DNA of 64,000 nt from a virus, in IMG/VR virus record IMGVR_UViG_3300025009_000051, positions 1 to 64,000 of that record; one strand, given 5' to 3'. This document shows, one piece after another, positions 28,312 through 38,611 of the stretch. The notes beneath the pieces were generated by a model. The model was given only the letters and a program-made list of their open reading frames with translations, searched no databases and was not told the DNA's origin. The stretch's first letter is position 1; each line of letters starts with the position of its first letter. The position numbers and the translations under genes are program-made.

Positions 28312-29733
28312 TTAATCTTCTTCTGCGTAAGTATCTTCTAAAAATCCAGATTCATCTACTCTCTCGAATATGATGTTTTCTTCACTTAATTCTGAAGTTT
28401 TGTATTGCATAATTAATGTATCCGCCATAGCATTGTAGATTTGTTCTTTTAGATATGGATTTGTAACTGTAATATATTCTTCAAAAGTTTTTCTTTGAAA
28501 TTTATGTTCTAAAGGTAAATCATCTTTATCAGATTTTTCTAAATCTATCCATGTGTACCAAGCTCCACCTTTTTTAATTAATCCATATAAATCCAAGGTA
28601 TCTAACCAATTTTCATATTCATTAATACCTGAATCATAATAGATATTAAATTCAGTTTTTCTTAAATTTGGACCACATCTGTTTTTCTTTACCTGTGCTA
28701 AAGTAGTAATACCAATGACTTGTTCTACTCCATTTACTTTACCTTTTATTTGTCCTGCAGGTTTTAATCTTATTCTTACAGAAGCATGAAATCCAATAGC
28801 TTGACCTCCTGAAGTGGTGTTGTGATTTAACCAACCATTTGCATAATAATTATGAATGTCTTTAATATCAAAATCTACAACATTCATTTTTTCAGATACT
28901 TTCGTAAATTTAGAAGAAAAATCTTTAGCGTGCACCCAATCCGTTCCGTCCCAAACTCTATGATTTCCTGAGCATTTTAAATTTCCATCTGTATAATGTT
29001 CTAAAACAGATTCTTTAATGATAAAAGATTTTATAGGTTTATATACATCTTCACCTGTTTTTAAATCTTGACCTAAAATCTCACAATTTAATTCTGGATC
29101 TATATCAAATATTTCAGGATTTTCAAAATCATCATTATTAGCAAATCTATCACTGAAATCTTTTATTGATATTTCTTCTTCAGTATATTTTTTTGAACGA
29201 TATCCTTTATCATTTGATTTCCAATCTGATTTATATCTAATTTTGATATTAGTAGAATATGGATCAACACAATAAGGATCTCCAAAAGAAGTATTATGAG
29301 AAACAATATCATTAGATAAATATGAATGATCCCCATCTAATTCAAAATCTACAATTGGTATTATATAATTTGTAGCATCTACACAAAAAGGAATCCATAA
29401 ATTATTATTCTTTAATAAAAAATTTCTATAATTATTATTTTCACATAAAAATCGAGTTTCTAAAAACCCTTCAGACAAATCATTTATATTTCTACATAAA
29501 ATTTTATGTTCGTCTGCAACTTCTAAAGATTTATTTTCATATGTAATAATATACATTTTTGTATCTGGCTTTCTAATTAAATTTATAACTCTATTCCATT
29601 TTCCGTCTTGAGTTAAAATTTCGTAATTTTTTGAGGATACATCATAAGGTTTGTTAATTTCCATTTTGGTATAATCATACCCCAATTCAGCAAAAAAATC
29701 TTTAATATTTATTTCTAATTCTGTGCTATACAT
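28312..29733 (-). CDS. recA: RecA/UvsX C-terminal part: IntC (147 aa) + TSFGDPY + mini-intein (151 aa) + C-extein
   Basis: ...DIVSHN/TSFGDPY/CVDPYS...GWLNHN/TTSGGQAIGFHASVRIRLK...VKKNRCGP. Confidence 0.9.
   Translation of the reverse strand: MYSTELEINIKDFFAELGYDYTKMEINKPYDVSSKNYEILTQDGKWNRVINLIRKPDTKMYIITYENKSLEVADEHKILCRNINDLSEGFLETRFLCENNNYRNFLLKNNNLWIPFCVDATNYIIPIVDFELDGDHSYLSNDIVSHNTSFGDPYCVDPYSTNIKIRYKSDWKSNDKGYRSKKYTEEEISIKDFSDRFANNDDFENPEIFDIDPELNCEILGQDLKTGEDVYKPIKSFIIKESVLEHYTDGNLKCSGNHRVWDGTDWVHAKDFSSKFTKVSEKMNVVDFDIKDIHNYYANGWLNHNTTSGGQAIGFHASVRIRLKPAGQIKGKVNGVEQVIGITTLAQVKKNRCGPNLRKTEFNIYYDSGINEYENWLDTLDLYGLIKKGGAWYTWIDLEKSDKDDLPLEHKFQRKTFEEYITVTNPYLKEQIYNAMADTLIMQYKTSELSEENIIFERVDESGFLEDTYAEED
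28819..29271 (-). mobile_element. Contiguous mini-intein in RecA loop L2
   Basis: C1 CVDPYST, block B SGNH, block F VVDFDI..IHNYYANG, HN/T junction; no endonuclease domain. Confidence 0.88.
29293..29733 (-). mobile_element. Large C-fragment (147 aa) of an atypically split intein
   Basis: Starts without block A; ADEH block B, IVDFEL..DHSYLSNDIVSHN/T. Confidence 0.85.
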
Positions 29734-30680
29734 AATATTTCTTTTATTTGTTTTTTAAATTTATTTGTTTCGTTTATAATGTCGTGTTCCCATATTTCAA
29801 AATAATGAATATCTTGACCGTATTTAGTGTATATCTGTGCTTTCTTTCTTTTGTCCCTATTTATATTGCTCCTTTGTACTCCTTGTAAATTATTGTAATT
29901 ATAAATTTCTGGATTTGCATGCCAATAATCTCCTTGTACTTCGATAAAAATATTTTCCCTAATCCTGAAATCTACAGAATACCAATAATCTTTATTATTA
30001 TAGTCTTGCACACATACCATTTCATTATATCTATATTGAATATTGTTTTCTTCTAAAATATTTTGAATTTTTAATTCCGGTCTTGTTATTCCGCCCGCAA
30101 ATTTCCAACCCTCTCGTTTAAATGTCTTTCCAAAATATTTTTTAAACCAAGGGGCATAAGGAACACTAATTACTTCTTTAAATAAAGATTTAAATTCATT
30201 TTTTGTATATTTTTCAATATTATTTTCTAACCAATCCAAAGTTTCTTTTCTAAATAACATATTTGAATTAAAATATGCTTTTACTCTAATTTTATTTGCT
30301 TTTAATATTTCTGCATCTGTTAAGGTATTAGAATAAGAGTTAATATGCCATTCCCTTATATTTAAATATTCTGATATTAATCTATATGAATAGTAAGGTT
30401 TTTTTAACATTTCAAATATAATTTTTTTATCTTCTTCTGAAATTTTAAATTTGCGTGATTCTGATATTTTCTTTTTTGTTTCTTCACTTGTAAAATGCCC
30501 CATTAAACTTTTCTGTCGTTTTAAAACAGATTCTGGCGATTTTGGTACTCCCGGCTTACATCTATTAAAATGTTTAAGTTTGCAAGTTTCAGAACAAAAA
30601 TATCTTGTTTGTTTTTTTGATATTATAAAAATATTTTCATTGGGTATTTCATTTTTACAAGGAAAAAAATTGCATTTCAT
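29715..30680 (-). CDS. Free-standing Vsr/DUF559-like (EDxHD-type) homing endonuclease with NUMOD3
   Basis: TRPELKIQNILEE...SVDFRI...IEVQGDYWHANP...RDKRK...IWEHDI; GHFTSEETKKKIS; TATATTTAT motif at 30693-30701. Confidence 0.8.
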   Translation of the reverse strand: MKCNFFPCKNEIPNENIFIISKKQTRYFCSETCKLKHFNRCKPGVPKSPESVLKRQKSLMGHFTSEETKKKISESRKFKISEEDKKIIFEMLKKPYYSYRLISEYLNIREWHINSYSNTLTDAEILKANKIRVKAYFNSNMLFRKETLDWLENNIEKYTKNEFKSLFKEVISVPYAPWFKKYFGKTFKREGWKFAGGITRPELKIQNILEENNIQYRYNEMVCVQDYNNKDYWYSVDFRIRENIFIEVQGDYWHANPEIYNYNNLQGVQRSNINRDKRKKAQIYTKYGQDIHYFEIWEHDIINETNKFKKQIKEILCIAQN

Positions 30681-30734
30681 AAGTTTTTTATAATAAATAT
30701 AAAAGAACTTAAAAAATAAAGTTTATTTTAGTTG

Positions 30735-31442
30735 TTACGTTATTTTCTTCCGAATAATAATATTAGTTGTTTCTGGATTTACACAACCAAGCTTAACCCG
30801 TAATTGTTGGTTTATAATTAATATAGCATTTGTCTTACCAATTAAACTTGTAATTTTTCTCATTGCTTTAGAATTGATAATAGCTTTATCAGTGTTCCAT
30901 CCTTCTTTCTTATAATCTCCTTCATATTCATTTAAAGCTACTGCACCAGATTGAGAATCAAATACAATTGTTACTGGAACATCTTTCTTTTCAGATTGAA
31001 TTTTAATTAAAATATCTTCAATAGTTTGATAAATATCTTCTAATATATTCATTTCAACATAAACCATTTTTGATAAATCGACTCCAATAGCTTCCAAGAA
31101 TGTTGTATCCGATGCATGCTCTGTGTCAATGTAAACTCCAATTCCACCGAGTTTTTGAGTATTTTTTATTGCGTGAGCAGCTAATAGAGACTTCCCCGAC
31201 GCCTCCAAACCTGATAACTCGATAATCTTCCCGCGGGGCCATCCTCCTTCCCTTTTATTTGAAATAGCAATGTCAAGTGTCGGACTACCTGTAGAAATCC
31301 AACCTTTAACTTCTTCTTGTGCATTCAAAAATAATGCTACATCTTTATCTTTAAATTTGCTATTAATATTTTGTTTAATAATTGATGCTAAATCAAGATT
31401 ACTTTCTTTTAAAGGTTCTTCACCCTTTGATTTTTTTGCCAT
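30735..31442 (-). CDS. recA: RecA/UvsX N-terminal part ending in a 16-aa IntN
   Basis: Walker A GLEASGKS, YIDTEHA, VFDS, INQQLRVKLG followed by CVNPETTNIIIRKKIT*. Confidence 0.92.
   Translation of the reverse strand: MAKKSKGEEPLKESNLDLASIIKQNINSKFKDKDVALFLNAQEEVKGWISTGSPTLDIAISNKREGGWPRGKIIELSGLEASGKSLLAAHAIKNTQKLGGIGVYIDTEHASDTTFLEAIGVDLSKMVYVEMNILEDIYQTIEDILIKIQSEKKDVPVTIVFDSQSGAVALNEYEGDYKKEGWNTDKAIINSKAMRKITSLIGKTNAILIINQQLRVKLGCVNPETTNIIIRKKIT
30738..30785 (-). mobile_element. Short N-fragment (16 aa) of an atypically split intein
   Basis: CVNPETTNIIIRKKIT aligns with the N-terminus CVDPYSTNIKIRYK of the neighbouring contiguous intein. Confidence 0.8.
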
Positions 31443-31468
31443 ATAACTTCTTTATTAAAAATAGTTAA

Positions 31469-31498
31469 AAAAAGAGTGACAAAAATATCACTCTTTTT
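31469..31498 (-). terminator. Intrinsic terminator after SSB
   Basis: AAAAAGAGTGA / TCACTCTTTTT 11-bp inverted repeat. Confidence 0.65.
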
Positions 31499-31516
31499 AA
31501 TTAAAAATAAATTATT

Positions 31517-32521
31517 CTAACCAAACAATTCTTTGAATTTATCGGTTGCTGCACTAACAGCGTCTGTATTCTTTGGTTCTTCTTTTGGAGCTTCTACTTT
31601 TTGTTCAACCTTTGTTTCAGATTGAGTAGACGTCGTTGCAGGAGCATTGTATTTAATTTCTTCTTTCTTATCTGTCTTTCTATTATCTTCTTTTTCTTTC
31701 TTATTCAAATAAATATCTAAATCTCTTTGCAATTCTTCAAAAGTAGGTTTTCTATAAATATCATAAATATCAATTTGATTATGTAGAATTTCATAAGCCA
31801 AATCTTTATCAGTTGTTAAAACTGAAGATTTATTTTCAAATTTAACATTTGTTTCTCCAAAAGTTTTAGTACTCCACGGACCTTTATAGTTAGGATATTT
31901 TTTCATAGTTTGTTCCTTATTCTTTTCTGAAGGAGTATAAGTAACTTCTAAATCATAACCTTTCTCAGGATCTGTAAAATCTACATCTTCACCAGGTTTA
32001 ATTACATTAAAATCTAATAGATTCTTTTGAAGTGTTAAAGCAGCTTTCACAATTTCGGTAAAAATTCCTTCACTGTGAGTCCACCATTTTAATTCTTTTT
32101 CATTTTCTCTATCTACCATGATACAATTATATCTTGGAATTGCTTGTTCTTGAGCAGCATTTTGTTTTCCTCCTAAGATTTCGGTACCAAGAAAATACAT
32201 TTTTTTGCCTTCTTCCGGTTGTGGGTTTGTTTTATTGAAAGTTAATTCGTTACCAGCTTTAATTTGTTGAACTGCAAAATCTACAATTGGATCTTGTTCG
32301 TTAAAATTCTTTAAGCTTAGTTTCCCGCCCGGACAAACTGCATAGTGCATGTTTAATTTAAGAAATGGATCTTGAGGAGTGTCCTTTAAAGGAATAATTC
32401 TAATTCGATTTAATCCGGGTTTAGGTGCCCATAATCTTGGATCCCTTTCAAATGATTTGCCTTCGTTTTTACTCTGAAGGTCTTCGAGTTTTTTTCGTAA
32501 ATTGTCTAAATTTAATCCCAT
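31517..32521 (-). CDS. Single-stranded DNA-binding protein (T4 gp32-like)
   Basis: LWAPKPGLNRIRIIP...PF...HY...DPIVDFA...FTDPEKGYDLEV; acidic tail ending KFKELFG. Confidence 0.8.
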   Translation of the reverse strand: MGLNLDNLRKKLEDLQSKNEGKSFERDPRLWAPKPGLNRIRIIPLKDTPQDPFLKLNMHYAVCPGGKLSLKNFNEQDPIVDFAVQQIKAGNELTFNKTNPQPEEGKKMYFLGTEILGGKQNAAQEQAIPRYNCIMVDRENEKELKWWTHSEGIFTEIVKAALTLQKNLLDFNVIKPGEDVDFTDPEKGYDLEVTYTPSEKNKEQTMKKYPNYKGPWSTKTFGETNVKFENKSSVLTTDKDLAYEILHNQIDIYDIYRKPTFEELQRDLDIYLNKKEKEDNRKTDKKEEIKYNAPATTSTQSETKVEQKVEAPKEEPKNTDAVSAATDKFKELFG

Positions 32522-32598
32522 GTTGTAAAAATTTAAATTTGGTTAATAAAAAATTGTTAAGATATTATAGTAAAAAAATTAATATAATCAAAAAATAT

Positions 32599-32931
32599 TT
32601 AATGTTTTTTTAAAAAGATTTTTTTCAATTGTTCTTCGTTAGTTAAAATCAATAAATTATTAGGAAACTCGTTCCAATCTATTACATAATTATTATTTAT
32701 TTCGATTAATCGATTTAATGAATTTATTGTAAAGTATATATTATAAGGTGTCTTTCTTTGAATTACTATTGTCTTTGGTATTTTGATATCTATATAATTA
32801 TAAATTAAAAATACTTCGTCTGAATTATCTTTGTTATAATAAGAATAAATATTATTTTCTGTATGTTTTTTAATTGTATTGTAAGAATCTATTCTTGTTT
32901 CCTCGGTGGAGAAAGTGCATAACATCCTCAT
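32599..32931 (-). CDS. Conserved hypothetical protein next to PolA
   Basis: MLCTFS...IQRK...YFTINSLNRLI...IDWNEF.N.LIL pattern. Confidence 0.6.
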   Translation of the reverse strand: MRMLCTFSTEETRIDSYNTIKKHTENNIYSYYNKDNSDEVFLIYNYIDIKIPKTIVIQRKTPYNIYFTINSLNRLIEINNNYVIDWNEFPNNLLILTNEEQLKKIFLKKH

Positions 32932-32981
32932 ATTCTTTTTTATAATAAATATAAGAAATATTTATTTTTTAAAAGAATTTT

Positions 32982-34337
32982 CTATTTCAATTCATTATAA
33001 TTTGTAGAACTTTGTTTAGTTTTTAAACTGAATACTTTATTAGATAAGATATTTTTTATTTCTTCAATATGCTGCATTTCATCTTTATGAATATCTAACA
33101 ATAAAGAATCATAAGTGTATAATAAAATATTTATTTTTTTGTTTTGAATAAATTCTAATAGATTGTCAATGAGCATTAAGGTCAATTCAAATTCAGACAA
33201 CTGTAAAGAATAATTTAAAAGCTTGCTTGCAGTAACTCCTTCTACATTTTGAATTTTCCTTCCTGTTAGCATTGAATTAATGAATCCATTAGATTGATAG
33301 GTATCAAAATCTTGAATAGTTAATTGCTTTACTTTTTTAAAATAAGGTATAGATAACAAAGTGTCAGGAATGCCTCCATACAAATAATTAAAATTTTTAC
33401 TTTTTGTTTGTTTATATTCTTCTTCATTTAATGTTTCTTTATTAAAATAATATCTACCTAAATATTCATGCATATTAATTCCATTTGGAATTTCATACCC
33501 GACCATTTTTGCTAATATTGCCAAGTGATATGCAGTATAATCAAATTCAATTAATAATCCATTTTCTTTATATTCACTAACAATCCATTTTCTTTTATTG
33601 CTGTTCTTATCTAATGCTGAAAAATTTATTCCTCCAAATTTATTAGAAGCCCTACCAGTAGAAGTATAAATATTATATTCAGAATAGATTTTTGTTTGTT
33701 GTTCATTTAAAATATGATTTTCTATTTTATCTGGAAATGCTGTTATTAATGCTTCTTTATCAAATGGTATTCCAAAAGATTCAATTTTAAATAAATTTAG
33801 AATAATAGAATTATTATAGTATTCGTAATCGGTATCAAATAGATGAGAATTTAATTTTTCTAACTGAATAAGACTTTTATTTATTATAGGAATTAATGAT
33901 TGATAATGAATAGATATAGGAATTATATCACATTTTATTTTTTTATATTTTGAATATTGATTATGATTGTGCTCTACTTCTATCTTTTCAAATTTATCTT
34001 CTTTCAAATAACTCAATAAATTAATATCAAAAATATTTTCAGTATTGCTTACATTTAATTTTAGAAATGATTTTTTGTCTAAAACAAATATATTTTTCTT
34101 TTCATCTATATCTAATTTATCAATTGTAAATTCAATATCATAATGACTGACATTTATGATATAATCAAACTCTAATTCATATGAACTATTTAATAATCCA
34201 ACATAATAGAATAAAATAGAATTTATTTGATAATGAATTTCAGAATAACGATATACAGGTAATATTAATATATTATCGAATTTAGATAACTTATCAATAT
34301 ACTCTTGATAATTTTTATGATTTAAGATTATTTGCAT
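32982..34337 (-). CDS. polA: Family A DNA polymerase (short; exonuclease region degenerate)
   Basis: Motif A IEFDYTAYH, motif B TKSKNFNYLYGG, motif C LYTYDSLLLD. Confidence 0.85.
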   Translation of the reverse strand: MQIILNHKNYQEYIDKLSKFDNILILPVYRYSEIHYQINSILFYYVGLLNSSYELEFDYIINVSHYDIEFTIDKLDIDEKKNIFVLDKKSFLKLNVSNTENIFDINLLSYLKEDKFEKIEVEHNHNQYSKYKKIKCDIIPISIHYQSLIPIINKSLIQLEKLNSHLFDTDYEYYNNSIILNLFKIESFGIPFDKEALITAFPDKIENHILNEQQTKIYSEYNIYTSTGRASNKFGGINFSALDKNSNKRKWIVSEYKENGLLIEFDYTAYHLAILAKMVGYEIPNGINMHEYLGRYYFNKETLNEEEYKQTKSKNFNYLYGGIPDTLLSIPYFKKVKQLTIQDFDTYQSNGFINSMLTGRKIQNVEGVTASKLLNYSLQLSEFELTLMLIDNLLEFIQNKKINILLYTYDSLLLDIHKDEMQHIEEIKNILSNKVFSLKTKQSSTNYNELK

Positions 34338-34432
34338 ACCAGAATTATAAATAAAAAAAAGAAAATAAAAAATTAATTCTTACTTTCTTTTAAAAAAACC
34401 TACACATATGTAATATATAATTATTATTTTTT

Positions 34433-36811
34433 TTATTTTGGATATACGTTCATTTCATCTATCTTATAAGCAACCCATTTTCCCATTGCTTTACCGTCCA
34501 TTTGAACTGTTCCACCTTCTTCTAATAAAGTAATTAATTTATCTAATCTAGATAATAATGCATCTTCCTCTTTACTCTTACCTTTTTCTTTATTGCCACC
34601 AATTGTCCCTGATGTTAAACTTGTAATTGCACCTAATATTGGAATCAATGGAGCCATAACTGCTAATCCAGCTGCTAATCCTATTAAACCAACTCCCATA
34701 CTTGCAAATCCTGCTCCTATTAAAAATAATTGAGGAGTAATAGAAGCTAATTCAGAAACCATCGGAACAATTGCACCTAAATTATCTTTCATAGAACCCA
34801 TTGCTTCTGATATTGATGATAACCCCGCTCCTAATACCATTAGAGCTCCGCCAAGTGCAATAAATCCTATTACACCCGCTCCAAATATTATTGCTCCTGG
34901 TCCGGCTATTAATGCTCCTAAACCAAATACCATTCCAGTAAATATTACTAAAGCTGCTCCAGCAGTTAATAATGCTTCTCCGTTTATATTTTTTGTAAAC
35001 ATTGATAATCCAAATCCTAAAGGAATTAATGCTGCAGATAATATAGCCATTCCAATTGCACCTTGAATTAATCCTTTTGTATCTTTTCCTATTAATCTCA
35101 TAATTCCTACCATAGCTGCTAACGAACCCATTCCAATTATAGCTGATTGCCATTCTACTTTATTGAACATCATTAATCCAAGAGCTAATAATGGTAATGT
35201 AGCGACTAATACTCCAGTAGCCAATGCAAAATTAACCAATGCTCCTTTATCCATAAATTTCCAACTATTTATCCAATTTACTATTGGATTTCCCATTGCC
35301 ATTCCTTTTACTTTTCCGGCTGCTCCCATTCCTTTACTAATTGCTCCACCTGGTGCAGATGCCGCTAAATTTCTTGAAGATACTCCTGGACCTAACGCTC
35401 CCCCAATTCCTCCGGCTGCTCCGGTTGCTGCTCCTGATATATCTGTTGCTTTTTGTATTGTTTTAATTCTTAATAATTGTTTAATCATTCCCCATAAACC
35501 ACCTACAACAGATTTAATTCCTTTTGCCATTGCACTGAATACATTCAATTGTTTCATATTTACTAACATCAATAGAGTAGAACCAATTGTATCTTTATAT
35601 TCCCACGCCGATTTTCCTATTCCTTTAATAGCTAACCAATTTCTTCCTAACCAACTGTGATGAATAGATTGTTGATTATTTAATTCTTCTTGATTTTTAA
35701 GCATGGTAGAAAATTCATCTAAATCCATTCCGAACATTTCTGCCATTTTCTTTCTTGCTATTATATTTTGATTTTGGAATTCCTCATAAGAACCCATTTG
35801 ATTTAATACTTCTTTTAACATGCCTGCTTCATCTTCCATGAACATTAATTCTCTGGCCTTTCCTAAATTAATATTTTTACCTGTTAATACAGATAATTCT
35901 TGTTCATTTGCCATTGAAGTTTCTACATCTAATAATGATTCCGACATGCTTTTTAACGAAGCCATTTCTATTCCTAATTTATTTGCACTTACAGCTGCAC
36001 TAATTAAATTTTTTGTTGATTCTTTTGTTCTACCCGCAAACATGCTTGAATTTTCTGCTATTTGGCTCATTACTTTTCCTGGAGCGACTCCATTTGCAAT
36101 AGCTAAACTCTCAGCAAATTTTATAGTGTTTAATTCTGTCTTATGTGATAATTCAACTAATTCTGCTCCTGATTCAGCACTGACATTATACCAAGAACTT
36201 AATCTTCCAACTTCTTTAATATTTTCTTTTGTTGCTAATCTTAAAGTATTTGCTTCGCTTACCAAAGCAGCTGCGGCCTCTCTTGATTCTGATAATGATA
36301 CTCCCAAAGCAATTCCTTCTAATGAAGCACCCCCTAAATTTCCAGCTAATGTGAAAGCTTGTTCCCCAGATAAACCTAATTCTTTACTTGCTCCTGCCCA
36401 TTCTTTAACAAATTCTCCAACATGATGACTTAATGAAGTAAGTAATAATGCACTCGAAACTCTCCAATCAGATAATAATGCTTTAATATTTATGTGTACA
36501 GCTCTTAATTTATCTGACCATTCATTAAATATATTATTTTTCTTTAATTCTGCTACTTTGTCATTTATTTCTCCTTGTAGTGTTAATTGTTTTTTTAATT
36601 GAGAGGTAAAAGATTCTAAATCATTTAATTCTGATCCTGTGGCTTTTCCTTTTTCTTTTTGTATTTTTGACAGTTGTCTTGCAATATCTTCTTGAATTCC
36701 CATTTGTTTGGTCAATTCTTCGTTATCACTTAAATATTCGGCTAACTGAGAAGATAAAGAACTAAATTCTTCAAAATAATCATATTTTTGACCTGGAGTT
36801 GGACCTGCCAT
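34433..36811 (-). CDS. Tail tape measure protein
   Basis: Helical N-half with LSVLTGKNINLGKARE...ARKKMAEMFGM; Gly/Ala-rich hydrophobic repeats; C-terminal VQMDGKAMG. Confidence 0.75.
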   Translation of the reverse strand: MAGPTPGQKYDYFEEFSSLSSQLAEYLSDNEELTKQMGIQEDIARQLSKIQKEKGKATGSELNDLESFTSQLKKQLTLQGEINDKVAELKKNNIFNEWSDKLRAVHINIKALLSDWRVSSALLLTSLSHHVGEFVKEWAGASKELGLSGEQAFTLAGNLGGASLEGIALGVSLSESREAAAALVSEANTLRLATKENIKEVGRLSSWYNVSAESGAELVELSHKTELNTIKFAESLAIANGVAPGKVMSQIAENSSMFAGRTKESTKNLISAAVSANKLGIEMASLKSMSESLLDVETSMANEQELSVLTGKNINLGKARELMFMEDEAGMLKEVLNQMGSYEEFQNQNIIARKKMAEMFGMDLDEFSTMLKNQEELNNQQSIHHSWLGRNWLAIKGIGKSAWEYKDTIGSTLLMLVNMKQLNVFSAMAKGIKSVVGGLWGMIKQLLRIKTIQKATDISGAATGAAGGIGGALGPGVSSRNLAASAPGGAISKGMGAAGKVKGMAMGNPIVNWINSWKFMDKGALVNFALATGVLVATLPLLALGLMMFNKVEWQSAIIGMGSLAAMVGIMRLIGKDTKGLIQGAIGMAILSAALIPLGFGLSMFTKNINGEALLTAGAALVIFTGMVFGLGALIAGPGAIIFGAGVIGFIALGGALMVLGAGLSSISEAMGSMKDNLGAIVPMVSELASITPQLFLIGAGFASMGVGLIGLAAGLAVMAPLIPILGAITSLTSGTIGGNKEKGKSKEEDALLSRLDKLITLLEEGGTVQMDGKAMGKWVAYKIDEMNVYPK

Positions 36812-36813
36812 AA

Positions 36814-37107
36814 TTAATCTTTATGTAATTTACCGGTTTTCAAAAAGTTTTTATAAAAATCCATTGCATCATTACTTGACATATCTTTAGTATCTTCTCT
36901 TGCTTTAGCTAATCGTTTTTTAAATTCTTTAGATGATTCATCGAAATCAGGATTCTTTTTTTTCATTTGTTTTAATGCTTCTTTCTCTCTTGCTTTCTTT
37001 CCTATATCGTCTAGATAATTCATTAAGCTATCAAAAATACCTTCATTTATTTTTTTATTTGATTGTATCTCTTCAGTGACTAATTTAGATATGATGGTTT
37101 GTTTCAT
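36814..37107 (-). CDS. Small virion/head-type protein
   Basis: IISKLVTEE...INEG propeptide-like N-terminus; TATATTTAT motif at 37123-37131. Confidence 0.55.
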   Translation of the reverse strand: MKQTIISKLVTEEIQSNKKINEGIFDSLMNYLDDIGKKAREKEALKQMKKKNPDFDESSKEFKKRLAKAREDTKDMSSNDAMDFYKNFLKTGKLHKD

Positions 37108-37574
37108 GTATTTTCTTTATAAATAAATATAAAAAAATTTTTTTATTAAAAAATAATTGTTACATTTGTGTTGTGAAACTTAAATATTATGAAAACTAAA
37201 GAAAAAAGATTATGACACCAAATATAGGAGGATGGTATAAACGCAAATGGAAATCATATATACCAACAGATGAAGAAGCAAAATGGGGAATAGAAACATG
37301 GATAGCATTAGTAATTCTGATAGTTGCAATATTACTAACTTTATAACTTTTGGGTATAAGCGTATGTTTACACAAAAATTAATCAACAAACTAAAATTTA
37401 AAATATATGAAAAGTTTAATTGAAAAACTAAAAGCATTACGCTTATACTTTGTTATGAAACGTTCAAAGATTTCTCCATGTGTAAATGATGCTATGTTTG
37501 AAAATAATAGAAGATATTTGGAATTATATAACGATGTTATGAATGTTTCATAACAATAAATTAAAAATAAACAT

Positions 37575-37772
37575 ATGAAAAAATTTAGAATAATATCATC
37601 TACTCCGGGCGAAAAGTAGACAGCATATAAAGCACAGGTTAGGTGTAAATTTATTTTTTGGACCTTTTGGGTAGATGTTTCTGATATTTGGAGATCATCC
37701 ATTTCTACTTGTGAAAACGATATAAAATTTTACAAAGGTGAGATTAGTAATGTAGTTAAAGAAATATCTTAA
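37575..37772 (+). pseudogene. Small accessory ORF with in-frame TAG at 37617-37619
   Basis: MKKFRIISSTPGEK*TAYKAQVRCKFIFWTFW...; resembles the K.RI...Y..Q.K.LF.W family at 48451 and 48875. Confidence 0.5.
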
Positions 37773-37844
37773 AAATAATCGTAAAAATATTTTTTATTTC
37801 AAAATATTGTTTTAACTTTGTAATAAGAAACTAAAACGAATTTT

Positions 37845-38087
37845 ATGATAAACGAAGTATTTTATCCAGAAATGAATCAAACTAATTTATTAGATTCAGA
37901 TTTAATCGTAGAAAGATTATATAAACAATATAAAGTCAAATGTAAAGAAGGAATTGAATTAGTTGAAAATAAATCAATTAAATTTCAATATAAGAAAGAT
38001 AATAGAAATGTTTATTATGTTTCTGAAAGTGGATTAAAAAAACTTGAGAAAAAATATAACATTTCTTATTCCGCTTTATTAGATTAA
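37845..38087 (+). CDS. Hypothetical protein
   Basis: Preceded by a TAACTTTG promoter-like motif at about 37813-37820. Confidence 0.55.
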   Translation: MINEVFYPEMNQTNLLDSDLIVERLYKQYKVKCKEGIELVENKSIKFQYKKDNRNVYYVSESGLKKLEKKYNISYSALLD

Positions 38088-38092
38088 GTTAA

Positions 38093-38611
38093 ATGAAAAA
38101 TGATATGAAAATGAATATAACAGAAAAAAATCAATCTACTACACCGCAAGATACTCCCCAAATTTATTTGGCTGTATTAAATATAACATCATATGTGGGT
38201 CAATGTGGAGATGCCGAACACGTCTACGGACATTTAATTTTATCCAATCATGCTGAGGTTACTGTAGATAATGTCGAGGAATGGAATGTGAAATATTTGG
38301 GTGAAACCATCGAAATAACAAGGCCACTTACTTTAGAAATAGCAAAAGCATTAGATAAAAAGGACGGTCATAAAACACACCAAAGACATTTCAGGATGAT
38401 GCAAGACAAGGATAAATTTATCGAAGAATACCCCGAAATTCAGGTAACAATCCGTTTTGATACGTTTGAAGAAGTTGTTAATGCGGGAATTGAAAAGTGG
38501 AAAGAATTGAATATAGAATGTCCGTTCATAAGTCTTTATGAAGGTAAAAAATATAAGGCAAATAGTTATGAACCAACAAGCACGGTTATTCTTCAATATG
38601 AAAAGTTATAA
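38093..38611 (+). CDS. Hypothetical protein
   Basis: ORF in operon. Confidence 0.6.
   Translation: MKNDMKMNITEKNQSTTPQDTPQIYLAVLNITSYVGQCGDAEHVYGHLILSNHAEVTVDNVEEWNVKYLGETIEITRPLTLEIAKALDKKDGHKTHQRHFRMMQDKDKFIEEYPEIQVTIRFDTFEEVVNAGIEKWKELNIECPFISLYEGKKYKANSYEPTSTVILQYEKL

Noticed and set aside
34782-36425. Plus-strand and alternate-frame ORFs over the tape measure gene (34782, 35163, 35820)
   Set aside because: Antisense or out-of-frame shadows produced by the Gly/Ala codon pattern; no promoter or independent motif.
31517-37772. Genome-wide TAG stop-codon reassignment
   Set aside because: All long genes are intact under code 11, and TAG is used as a credible true stop (SSB ends KFKELFG-TAG at 31517). 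The isolated in-frame stops include a TAA.
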